A DNA stretch of 64,000 nucleotides from Eledone cirrhosa (GCA_964016885.1 OZ024742.1:356934001-356998000), one strand, 5' to 3'. Shown: positions 1 to 13,617, counted from the first letter of the stretch. Notes: generated from the sequence alone by a model not told the origin. Translations and numbers: made by a program.

Positions 1-2448
1 TGTACTGAGTACTTTTAGTTGTGATACTTACATGACCACTTTACAGTGTGGACTGAGTACTTTTAGTTGTGACACTTACATGACCACTTTACAGTGTGGA
101 CTGAGTACTTTTAGTTGTGACACTTACATGACCACTTTACAGTGTGGACTGAGTACTTTTAGTTGTGACACTTACATGACCACTTTACAGTGTGGACTGA
201 GTACTTTTAGTTGTGACACTTACATGACCACTTTACAGTGTGGACTGAGTACTTTTAGTTGTGACACTTACATGACCACTTTACAGTGTGGGCTGAGTAC
301 TTTTAGTTGTGATACCTACATGACCACTTTACAGTGTGGACAGAGTACTTTTAGTTGTGACACTTACATGACCACTTTACAGTGTGGACTGAGTACTTTT
401 AGTTGTGACACTTACATGATCACTTTACAGTGTGGGCTGAGTACTTTTAGTTGTGACACTTACATGACCACTTTATAGTGTGGACTGAGTACATTGAGTT
501 GTGACACCTACATGACCACTTTACATTGTGGACTGAGTACATTTAGTTGTGACACCTACATGACCACTTTACAGTGTGGACTGAGTACTTTTAGTTGTGA
601 CACCTACATGACCACTTTACAGTGTGGGCTGAGTACTTTTAGTTGTGACACTTACATGACTACTTTACAGTGTGGACTGAGTACATTTAGTTGTGACACC
701 TACATGACCACTTTACAGTGTGGACTAAGTACTTTTAGTTGTGACACTTACATGACCACTTTACAGTGTGGCCTGAGTACTATTAGTTGTGACACTTACA
801 TGACCAATTTACAGTGTGGACTGAGTACTTTTAGTTATGACACCTACATGACCACTTTACAGTGTGGACTGAGTACTTTTAGTTGTGACACTTACATGAC
901 CACTTTACAGTGTGGACTAAGTACTTTTAGTTGTGACACTTATATGACCACTTTACAGTATGAACTGAGTACTTTAAGTTGCAACACTTACATGACCACT
1001 TTAGAGTGTGGACTGAGTACTTTTAGTTGCGACACTTACATGACCAGTTTACAGTGTGGACTGAGTACTTTTAGTTGTGACACTTACATGACCACTATAC
1101 AGTGTGAACTAAGTACTTTTAGTTGTGACACTTACATGACCACTTTACAGTTTGGACTGAGTACTTTTAATTTCTGACACTTACATGACCACTTTACAGA
1201 GTGGACTGAGTACATTTAGTTGTGACACTTACATGACCACTTTACAGTGTGGGCTGAGTACTTTTAGTTGTGACACTTACATGACCATTTTATAGTGGGG
1301 GCTGAGTACTTTTAGTTGTGACACCTACATGACCACTTTACAGTGTGGACTGAGTACTTTTAGTTGTGACACTTGCATGACCACTTTATAGTGTGGGCTG
1401 AGTACTTTTAGTTGTGACACATACATGACCACTTTACAGTGTGTACTGAGTACTTTTAGTTGTGATACTTACATGACCACTTTATAGTGTGGACTGAGTA
1501 CTTTTAGTTGTGACACTTACATGACCACTTTACAGTGTGGACTGAGTACTTTTAGTTGTGACACTTACATGACCACTTTACAGTGTGGACTGAGTACTTT
1601 TAGTTGTGACACTTACATGACCACTTTACAGTGTGGACTGAGTACTTTTAGTTGTGACACTTACATGACCACTTTACAGTGTGGGCTGAGTACTTTTAGT
1701 TGTGATACCTACATGACCACTTTACAGTGTGGACAGAGTACTTTTAGTTGTGACACTTACATGACCACTTTACAGTGTGGACTGAGTACTTTTAGTTGTG
1801 ACACTTACATGATCACTTTACAGTGTGGGCTGAGTACTTTTAGTTGTGACACTTACATGACCACTTTATAGTGTGGACTGAGTACATTGAGTTGTGACAC
1901 CTACATGACCACTTTACAGTGTGGACTGAGTACATTTAGTTGTGACACCTACATGACCACTTTACAGTGTGGACTAAGTACTTTTAGTTGTGACACTTAC
2001 ATGACCACTTTACAGTGTGGCCTGAGTACTATTAGTTGTGACACTTACATGACCAATTTACAGTGTGGACTGAGTACTTTTAGTTGTGACACCTACATGA
2101 CCACTTTACAGTGTGGACTGAGTACTTTTAGTTGTGACACTTACATGACCACTTTACAGTGTGGACTAAGTACTTTTAGTTGTGACACTTACATGACCAC
2201 TTTACAGTATGGACTGAGTACTTTAAGTTGCAACACTTACATGACCACTTTAGAGTGTGGACTGAGTACTTTTAGTTGCGACACTTACATGACCAGTTTA
2301 CAGTGTGGACTGAGTACTTTTAGTTGTGACACTTACATGACCACTTTACAGTGTGAACTAAGTACTTTTAGTTGTGACACTTACATGACCACTTTACAGT
2401 TTGGACTGAGTACTTTTAATTTCTGACACTTACATGACCACTTTACAG
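1..2448 (+). repeat. Imperfect duplication of a 26-30-monomer block
   Basis: Diagnostic variants (tgtactgag, ggacagagt, acattgagt, gcaacac, aatttctgac) recur in the same order at offsets 1441, then 1393 (ORF starts 494/1887), then 1249 (ORF ends 1177/2426). Whole monomers are missing from the second copy. Confidence 0.85.
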
Positions 2449-2559
2449 AATGGACTGAGTACATTTAGTTGTGATACGTACTTGACCACTTTACAGTGTG
2501 GACTGGGTACTTTTAGTTGTGACACCTACATGACCACTTTACAGTGTGAACTGAGTAAT

Positions 2560-5500
2560 TTTAGTTGTGATACTTACATGACTACTTTACAGAGTGGACT
2601 GAGTACTTTAAGTTGTGACACCTACATGACCACTTTACAGTGTGGACTGATACTTTTAGTTGTGGCACTTACATGACTACTTTACAGTGTGGACTGAGTA
2701 CTTTTAGTTGTGACACCTACATGACCACTTTACAGTGTGGACTGAGTACTTTTAGTTGTGACACTACATGATCACTCTATAGTGTGGACTGAGTACTTTT
2801 AGTTGTGACACTTACATGACCACTTTATAGTGTGGACTGAGTACTTTTAGCTGTGACACCTACATGACCACTTTACAGATTGGACCGAGTAATTTTAGTT
2901 GTGACACCTACATGACCACTTTACAGTGTGGACTGAGTACTTTTAATTGTGACCCTTACATGACCAATTTACAGTGTGGACTAAGTACTTTTAGTTGTGA
3001 CACATACATTACCAGTTTACAGTGTGGGCTGGGTACTTTTAGTTGTGACACTTACATGGCCACTTTACAGTGTGGACTGAGTACTTTTATTTGTGACACT
3101 TACATGACCACTTTACAGAGTGGACTGAGTACATTTAGTTGTGACACCTACATGACCACTTTACAGTGTGGAGTGAGTACTTTTAGTTGTGATACTTACA
3201 TGACCACTTTACAGTGTGGACTAAGTACTTTTAGTTGTGACACTTACATGAGCAGTTTACAGTGTGGGTTGTGTACTTTTAGTTGTGACAGTACATGACC
3301 ACTTTACAGTGTGGACTGAGTACTTTTAGTTGTGACACCAACATGACCACTTTACAGTGTGGACTGAGTACATTTAGTTGTGACACTTACATGACCACTT
3401 TACAGTGTGGAGTAAGTACTTTTTGTTGTGACACTTACATGACCACTTTACAGTGTGGACTGAGTACTTTTAGTTGTGATACTTACATAACTACTTTACA
3501 GAGTGGACTGAGTACTTTAAGTTGTGACACTTACATGACCACTTTACAGTGTGGACTGAGTACTTTTAGTTGTGGCACTTACATGACTACTTTACAGTGT
3601 GGGCTGAGTACTTTTAGTTGTGACACATACATGACCACTTTACAGTGTGGCCTGAGTACTTTTAGTTGTGACACTACATGACCACTTTACAGTGTGGACT
3701 GAGTACTTTTAGTTGTGACACTTCCATGACCACTTTATAGTGTGGACTGAGTACTTTTAGCTGTGACACCTACATGACCACTTTACAATGTGGACTGAGT
3801 ACATTTAGTTGTGACACCTACATGACCACTTTACAGTGTGGAGTGAGTACTTTTAGTTGTGATACTTACATGACCACTTTACAGTGTGGACTAAGTACTT
3901 TTAGTTGTGACACTTACATGAGCAGTTTACAGTGTGGGTTGTGTAATTTTAGTTGTGACAGTACATGACCACTTTACAATGTGGACTGAGTACTTTTAGT
4001 TGTGACACGAACATGACCACTTTACAGTGTGGACTGAGTACTTTTAGTTGTGACACTTACATGACCACTTTACAGTGTGGACTAAGTACTTTTGTTGTGA
4101 CACTTACATGACCACTTTACAGTGTGGACTGAGTAATTTTAGTTGTGATACTTACATGACTACTTTACAGAGTGGACTGAGTACTTTAAGTTGTGACACT
4201 TACATGACCACTTTACAGTGTGGACTGAGTACTTTTAGTTGTGGCACTTACATGACTACTTTACAGTGTGGGCTGAGTACTTTTAGTTGTGACACATACA
4301 TGACCACTTTACAGTGTGGCCTGAGTACTTTTAGTTGTGACACTACATGACCACTTTACAGTGGGGACTGAGTACTTTTAGTTGTGACACTACATGACCA
4401 CTTTACAGTGTGGACTGAGTACTTTTAGTTGTGGCACTTACATGACTACTTTACAGTGTGGACTGAGTACTTTTAGCTGTGACACCTACATGACCACTTT
4501 ACAATGTGGACTGAGTATTTTTAGTTGTGGCACCTACATGACCACTTTACAGTGTGGACTGAGTACTTTTAGTTGTGACACTTCCATGACCACTTTATAG
4601 TGTGGACTGAGTACTTTTAGCTGTGACACCTACATGACCACTTTACAATGTGGACTGAGTACATTTAGTTGTGACACCTACATGACCACTTTACAGTGTG
4701 GAGTGAGTACTTTTAGTTGTGATACTTACATGACCACTTTACAGTGTGGACTAAGTACTTTTAGTTGTGACACTTACATGACCAGTTTACAGTGTGGGTT
4801 GTGTACTTTTAGTTGTGACAGTACATGACCACTTTACAGTGTGGACTGAATACTTTTAGTTGTGACACCAACATGACCACTTTACAGTGTGGACTGAGTA
4901 CATTTAGTTGTGACACTTACATGACCACTTTACAGTGTGGACTAAGTACTTTTTGTTGTGACACTTACATGACCACTTTACAGTGTGGACTGAGTACTTT
5001 TAGTTGTGATACTTACTTTACAGAGTGGATTGAGTACTTTAAGTTGTGACACCTACATGACCACTTTACAGTGTGGACTGAGTACTTTTAGTTGTGGCAC
5101 TTACATGACTACTTTACAGTGTGGGCTGAGTACTTTTAGTTGTGACACATACATGACCACTTTACAGTGTGGCCTGAGTACTTTTAGTTGTGACACTACA
5201 TGACCACTTTACAGTGTGGACTGAGTACTTTTAGTTGTGACACTTCCATGACCACTTTATAGTGTGGACTGAGTACTTTTAGCTGTGACACCTACATGAC
5301 CACTTTACAATGTGGACTGAGTACATTTAGTTGTGACACCTACATGACCACTTTACAGTGTGGAGTGAGTACTTTTAGTTGTGATACTTACATGACCACT
5401 TTACAGTGTGGACTAAGTACTTTTAGTTGTGACACTTACATGACCAGTTTACAGTGTGGGTTGTGTAATTTTAGTTGTGACAGTACATGACCACTTTACA

Positions 5501-8500
5501 GTGTGGACTGAGTACTTTTAGTTGTGACACGAACATGACCACTTTACAGTGTGGACTGAGTACTTTTAGTTGTGACACTTACATGACCACTTTACAGTGT
5601 GGACTAAGTACTTTTTGTTGTGACACTTACATGACCACTTTACAGTGTGGACTGAGTAATTTTAGTTGTGATACTTACATGACTACTTTACAGAGTGGAC
5701 TGAGTACTTTAAGTTGTGACACTTACATGACCACTTTACAGTGTGGACTGAGTACTTTTAGTTGTGGCACTTACATGACTACTTTACAGTGTGGTCTGAG
5801 TACTTTTAGTTGTGACACATACATGACCACTTTACAGTGTGGCCTGAGTACTTTTAGTTGTGACACTACATGACCACTTTACAGTGGGGACTGAGTACTT
5901 TTAGTTGTGACACTACATGATCACTTTACAGTGTGGACTGAGTGCTTTTAGTTGTGACACATCCATGATAACTTTATAGTGTGGACTGAGTACTTTTAGC
6001 TGTGACACCTACATGACCACTTTACAATGTGGACTGAGTATTTTTAGTTGTGGCACCTACATGACCACTTTACAGTGTGGACTGAGTACTTTTAGTTGTG
6101 ACACTTCCATGACCACTTTATAGTGTGGACTGAGTACTTTTAGCTGTGACACCTAATGACCACTTTACAATGTGGACTGAGTACGTTTAGTTGTGACACC
6201 TACATGACCACTTTACAGTGTGGAGTGAGTACTTTTAGTTGTGATACTTACATGACCACTTTACAGTGTGGACTAAGTACTTTTAGTTGTGACACTTACA
6301 TGACCAGTTTACAGTGTGGGTTGTGTACTTTTAGTTGTGACAGTACATGACCACTTTACAGTGTGGACTGAATACTTTTAGTTGTGACACCAACATGACC
6401 ACTTTACAGTGTGGACTGAGTACATTTAGTTGTGACACTTACATGACCACTTTACAGTGTGGACTAAGTACTTTTTGTTGTGACACTTACATGACCACTT
6501 TACAGTGTGGACTGAGTACTTTTAGTTGTGATACTTACATAACTACTTTACAGAGTGGATTGAGTACTTTAAGTTGTGACACCTACATGACCACTTTACA
6601 GTGTGGACTGAGTACTTTTAGTTGTGGCACTTACATGACTACTTTACAGTGTGGGCTGAGTACTTTTAGTTGTGACACATACATGACCACTTTACAGTGT
6701 GGCCTGAGTACTTTTAGTTGTGACACTACATGACCACTTTACAGTGTGGACTGAGTACTTTTAGTTGTGATACTTACATGACTACTTTACAGAGTGGACT
6801 GAGTACTTTAAGTTGTGACACCTACATGACCACTTTACAGTGTGGACTGATACTTTTAGTTGTGGCACTTACATGACTACTTTACAGTGTGGACTGAGTA
6901 CTTTTAGTTGTGACACCTACATGACCACTTTACAGTGTGGACTGAGTACTTTTAGTTGTGACACTACATGATCACTCTATAGTGTGGACTGAGTACTTTT
7001 AGTTGTGACACTTACATGACCACTTTATAGTGTGGACTGAGTACTTTTAGCTGTGACACCTACATGACCACTTTACAGATTGGACCGAGTAATTTTAGTT
7101 GTGACACCTACATGACCACTTTACAGTGTGGACTGAGTACTTTTAATTGTGACCCTTACATGACCAATTTACAGTGTGGACTAAGTACTTTTAGTTGTGA
7201 CACATACATTACCAGTTTACAGTGTGGGCTGGGTACTTTTAGTTGTGACACTTACATGGCCACTTTACAGTGTGGACTGAGTACTTTTATTTGTGACACT
7301 TACATGACCACTTTACAGAGTGGACTGAGTACATTTAGTTGTGACACCTACATGACCACTTTACAGTGTGGAGTGAGTACTTTTAGTTGTGATACTTACA
7401 TGACCACTTTACAGTGTGGACTAAGTACTTTTAGTTGTGACACTTACATGAGCAGTTTACAGTGTGGGTTGTGTACTTTTAGTTGTGACAGTACATGACC
7501 ACTTTACAGTGTGGACTGAGTACTTTTAGTTGTGACACCAACATGACCACTTTACAGTGTGGACTGAGTACATTTAGTTGTGACACTTACATGACCACTT
7601 TACAGTGTGGAGTAAGTACTTTTTGTTGTGACACTTACATGACCACTTTACAGTGTGGACTGAGTACTTTTAGTTGTGATACTTACATAACTACTTTACA
7701 GAGTGGACTGAGTACTTTAAGTTGTGACACTTACATGACCACTTTACAGTGTGGACTGAGTACTTTTAGTTGTGGCACTTACATGACTACTTTACAGTGT
7801 GGGCTGAGTACTTTTAGTTGTGACACATACATGACCACTTTACAGTGTGGCCTGAGTACTTTTAGTTGTGACACTACATGACCACTTTACAGTGTGGACT
7901 GAGTACTTTTAGTTGTGACACTTCCATGACCACTTTATAGTGTGGACTGAGTACTTTTAGCTGTGACACCTACATGACCACTTTACAATGTGGACTGAGT
8001 ACATTTAGTTGTGACACCTACATGACCACTTTACAGTGTGGAGTGAGTACTTTTAGTTGTGATACTTACATGACCACTTTACAGTGTGGACTAAGTACTT
8101 TTAGTTGTGACACTTACATGAGCAGTTTACAGTGTGGGTTGTGTAATTTTAGTTGTGACAGTACATGACCACTTTACAATGTGGACTGAGTACTTTTAGT
8201 TGTGACACGAACATGACCACTTTACAGTGTGGACTGAGTACTTTTAGTTGTGACACTTACATGACCACTTTACAGTGTGGACTAAGTACTTTTGTTGTGA
8301 CACTTACATGACCACTTTACAGTGTGGACTGAGTAATTTTAGTTGTGATACTTACATGACTACTTTACAGAGTGGACTGAGTACTTTAAGTTGTGACACT
8401 TACATGACCACTTTACAGTGTGGACTGAGTACTTTTAGTTGTGGCACTTACATGACTACTTTACAGTGTGGGCTGAGTACTTTTAGTTGTGACACATACA

Positions 8501-10978
8501 TGACCACTTTACAGTGTGGCCTGAGTACTTTTAGTTGTGACACTACATGACCACTTTACAGTGGGGACTGAGTACTTTTAGTTGTGACACTACATGACCA
8601 CTTTACAGTGTGGACTGAGTACTTTTAGTTGTGGCACTTACATGACTACTTTACAGTGTGGACTGAGTACTTTTAGCTGTGACACCTACATGACCACTTT
8701 ACAATGTGGACTGAGTATTTTTAGTTGTGGCACCTACATGACCACTTTACAGTGTGGACTGAGTACTTTTAGTTGTGACACTTCCATGACCACTTTATAG
8801 TGTGGACTGAGTACTTTTAGCTGTGACACCTACATGACCACTTTACAATGTGGACTGAGTACATTTAGTTGTGACACCTACATGACCACTTTACAGTGTG
8901 GAGTGAGTACTTTTAGTTGTGATACTTACATGACCACTTTACAGTGTGGACTAAGTACTTTTAGTTGTGACACTTACATGACCAGTTTACAGTGTGGGTT
9001 GTGTACTTTTAGTTGTGACAGTACATGACCACTTTACAGTGTGGACTGAATACTTTTAGTTGTGACACCAACATGACCACTTTACAGTGTGGACTGAGTA
9101 CATTTAGTTGTGACACTTACATGACCACTTTACAGTGTGGACTAAGTACTTTTTGTTGTGACACTTACATGACCACTTTACAGTGTGGACTGAGTACTTT
9201 TAGTTGTGATACTTACTTTACAGAGTGGATTGAGTACTTTAAGTTGTGACACCTACATGACCACTTTACAGTGTGGACTGAGTACTTTTAGTTGTGGCAC
9301 TTACATGACTACTTTACAGTGTGGGCTGAGTACTTTTAGTTGTGACACATACATGACCACTTTACAGTGTGGCCTGAGTACTTTTAGTTGTGACACTACA
9401 TGACCACTTTACAGTGTGGACTGAGTACTTTTAGTTGTGACACTTCCATGACCACTTTATAGTGTGGACTGAGTACTTTTAGCTGTGACACCTACATGAC
9501 CACTTTACAATGTGGACTGAGTACATTTAGTTGTGACACCTACATGACCACTTTACAGTGTGGAGTGAGTACTTTTAGTTGTGATACTTACATGACCACT
9601 TTACAGTGTGGACTAAGTACTTTTAGTTGTGACACTTACATGACCAGTTTACAGTGTGGGTTGTGTAATTTTAGTTGTGACAGTACATGACCACTTTACA
9701 GTGTGGACTGAGTACTTTTAGTTGTGACACGAACATGACCACTTTACAGTGTGGACTGAGTACTTTTAGTTGTTTAGTTGTGACACTTACATGACCACTT
9801 TACAGTGTGGACTAAGTACTTTTTGTTGTGACACTTACATGACCACTTTACAGTGTGGACTGAGTAATTTTAGTTGTGATACTTACATGACTACTTTACA
9901 GAGTGGACTGAGTACTTTAAGTTGTGACACTTACATGACCACTTTACAGTGTGGACTGAGTACTTTTAGTTGTGGCACTTACATGACTACTTTACAGTGT
10001 GGTCTGAGTACTTTTAGTTGTGACACATACATGACCACTTTACAGTGTGGCCTGAGTACTTTTAGTTGTGACACTACATGACCACTTTACAGTGGGGACT
10101 GAGTACTTTTAGTTGTGACACTACATGATCACTTTACAGTGTGGACTGAGTGCTTTTAGTTGTGACACATCCATGATAACTTTATAGTGTGGACTGAGTA
10201 CTTTTAGCTGTGACACCTACATGACCACTTTACAATGTGGACTGAGTATTTTTAGTTGTGGCACCTACATGACCACTTTACAGTGTGGACTGAGTACTTT
10301 TAGTTGTGACACTTCCATGACCACTTTATAGTGTGGACTGAGTACTTTTAGCTGTGACACCTAATGACCACTTTACAATGTGGACTGAGTACGTTTAGTT
10401 GTGACACCTACATGACCACTTTACAGTGTGGAGTGAGTACTTTTAGTTGTGATACTTACATGACCACTTTACAGTGTGGACTAAGTACTTTTAGTTGTGA
10501 CACTTACATGACCAGTTTACAGTGTGGGTTGTGTACTTTTAGTTGTGACAGTACATGACCACTTTACAGTGTGGACTGAATACTTTTAGTTGTGACACCA
10601 ACATGACCACTTTACAGTGTGGACTGAGTACATTTAGTTGTGACACTTACATGACCACTTTACAGTGTGGACTAAGTACTTTTTGTTGTGACACTTACAT
10701 GACCACTTTACAGTGTGGACTGAGTACTTTTAGTTGTGATACTTACATAACTACTTTACAGAGTGGATTGAGTACTTTAAGTTGTGACACCTACATGACC
10801 ACTTTACAGTGTGGACTGAGTACTTTTAGTTGTGGCACTTACATGACTACTTTACAGTGTGGGCTGAGTACTTTTAGTTGTGACACATACATGACCACTT
10901 TACAGTGTGGCCTGAGTACTTTTAGTTGTGACACTACATGACCACTTTACAGTGTGGACTGAGTACTTTTAGTTGTGA
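2560..10978 (+). repeat. Tandem duplication of a 4200-bp (about 88-monomer) higher-order unit, two near-identical copies
   Basis: Sequence lines from 2581 match lines from 6781. ORF starts pair at +4200 (2864/7064, 3295/7495, 4075/8275, 5296/9496) and at +4208 after an 8-bp insertion near 9773 (6156/10364, 6347/10555). Confidence 0.95.
3110..6770 (+). repeat. Nested 14-mer (about 662-670 bp) and 18-mer (860 bp) units forming a 32-mer (1522 bp) inside the 4200-bp unit
   Basis: A marker block containing ggagtgag...gggttgtg...gacagtac starts at 3774, 4634, 5296 and 6156 (spacings 860, 662, 860). The pairs 3774/5296, 4634/6156 and 4825/6347 are each 1522 bp apart. Confidence 0.85.
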
Positions 10979-13273
10979 CACTTCCATGACCACTTTATAG
11001 TGTAGACTGAGTACTTTTAGCTGTGACACCTACATGACCACTTTACAATGTGGACTGAGTACATTTAGTTGTGACACCTACATGACCACTTTACAGTGTG
11101 AAGTGAGTACTTTTAGTTGTGATACTTACATGACCACTTTACAGTGTGGACTAAGTACTTTTAGTTGTGACACTTACATGACCAGTTTACAGTGTGGGTT
11201 GTGTACTTTTAGTTGTGACAGTACATGACCACTTTACAGTGTGGACTGAGTACTTTTAGTTGTGACACTTACATGACCACTTTACAGTGTCGACTAAGTA
11301 CTTTTTGTTGTGACACTTACATGACCACTTTACAGTGTGGACTGAGTAATTTTAGTTGTGATACTTACATGACTACTTTATAGAGTGGACTGAGTACTTT
11401 AAGTTGTGACACTTACATGACCACTTTACAGTGTGGACTGAGTACTTTTAGTTGTGGCACTTACATGACTACTTTACAGTGTGGGCTGAGTACTTTTAGT
11501 TGTGACACATACATGACCACTTTACAGTGTGGCCTGAGTACTTTTAGTTGTGACACTACATGACCACTTCACAGTGTGGACTGAGTACTTTTAGTTGTGA
11601 CACTACATGATCACTTTACAGTGTGGACTGAGTGCTTTTAGTTGTGACACTTCCATGATAACTTTATAGTGTGGACTGAGTACTTTTAGCTGTGACACCT
11701 ACATGACCACTTTACAATGTGGACTGAGTATTTTTAGTTGTGGCAACTACATGACCACTTTACAGTGTGGACTGAGTACTTTTAGTTGTGATCCTTACAT
11801 GACCACTTTACAGTGTGGACTAAGTACTTTTAGTTGTGACACCTACATGACACTTTACAGTGTGGACTGAGTACTTTTAGTTGTGACACCTACATGACCA
11901 CTTTACAGTGTGGACTGAGTACTTTTAGTTGTGACACCAACATGACCACTTTACAGTGTGGACTGAGTACATTTAGTTGTGACACTTACATGACCACTTT
12001 ACAGTGTGGACTAAGTACTTTTTGTTGTGACACTTACATGACCACTTTACAGTGTGGACTGAGTACTTTTAGTTGTGATACTTACATAACTACTTTACAG
12101 AGTGGATTGAGTACTTTAAGTTGTGACACCTACATGACCACTTTACAGTGTGGACTGAGTACTTTTAGTTGTGGCACTTACATGACTACTTTACAGTGTG
12201 GGCTGAGTACTTTTAGTTGTGACACATACATGACCACTTTACAGTGTGGCCTGAGTACTTTTAGTTGTGACACTACATGACCACTTTACAGTGTGGACTG
12301 AGTACTTTTAGTTGTGACACTTCCATGACCACTTTATAGTGTGGACTGAGTACTTTTAGCTGTGACACCTACATTACCACTTTACAATGTGGACTGAGTA
12401 CATTTAGTTGTGACACCTACATGACCACTTTACAGTGTGAAGTGAGTACTTTTAGTTGTGATACTTACATGACCACTTTACAGTGTGGACTAAGTACTTT
12501 TAGTTGTGACACTTACATGACCAGTTTACAGTGTGGGTTGTGTACTTTTAGTTGTGACAGTACATGACCACTTTACAGTGTGGACTGAGTACTTTTAGTT
12601 GTGACACTTACATGACCACTTTACAGTGTCGACTAAGTACTTTTTGTTGTGACACTTACATGACCACTTTACAGTGTGGACTGAGTAATTTTAGTTGTGA
12701 TACTTACATGACTACTTTATAGAGTGGACTGAGTACTTTAAGTTGTGACACTTACATGACCACTTTACAGTGTGGACTGAGTACTTTTAGTTGTGGCACT
12801 TACATGACTACTTTACAGTGTGGGCTGAGTACTTTTAGTTGTGACACATACATGACCACTTTACAGTGTGGCCTGAGTACTTTTAGTTGTGACACTACAT
12901 GACCACTTCACAGTGTGGACTGAGTACTTTTAGTTGTGACACTACATGATCACTTTACAGTGTGGACTGAGTGCTTTTAGTTGTGACACTTCCATGATAA
13001 CTTTATAGTGTGGACTGAGTACTTTTAGCTGTGACACCTACATGACCACTTTACAATGTGGACTGAGTATTTTTAGTTGTGGCAACTACATGACCACTTT
13101 ACAGTGTGGACTGAGTACTTTTAGTTGTGATCCTTACATGACCACTTTACAGTGTGGACTAAGTACTTTTAGTTGTGACACCTACATGACACTTTACAGT
13201 GTGGACTGAGTACTTTTAGTTGTGACACCTACATGACCACTTTACAGTGTGGACTGAGTACTTTTAGTTGTGA
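10581..13273 (+). repeat. Tandem duplication of a 1339-bp (28-monomer) unit
   Basis: The rare variant cgactaag occurs at 11291 and 12630. The variants tatagagtgg, ggcaactac, gatccttac and atgacacttt also recur at +1339. ORF starts 10555/11894. Confidence 0.9.
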
Positions 13274-13617
13274 TACTTACATGACCACTTTACAGTGTGG
13301 TCTAAGTACTTTTAGTTGTGACACTTACATGACCACTTTACAGTGTGGACTGAGAACTTTTAGTTGTGACACTTACATGACCACTTTATAGTGTGGATTA
13401 AGTACATTTAGTTGTGACACTTACATGACCACTTTACAGTGTGGACTGAGTACTTTTAGTTGTAACACTTACATGACCAGTTTACAGTGTCCAACTTGCA
13501 GTGTGGACTGAGTACCTTTACTTGTGACACCTACATGACCTCTTTACAGTGTGGACTGAGTACTTTTAGTTGTGATACTTACATGACCACTTTACAGAGT
13601 GGACTGAGTACTTTTAT

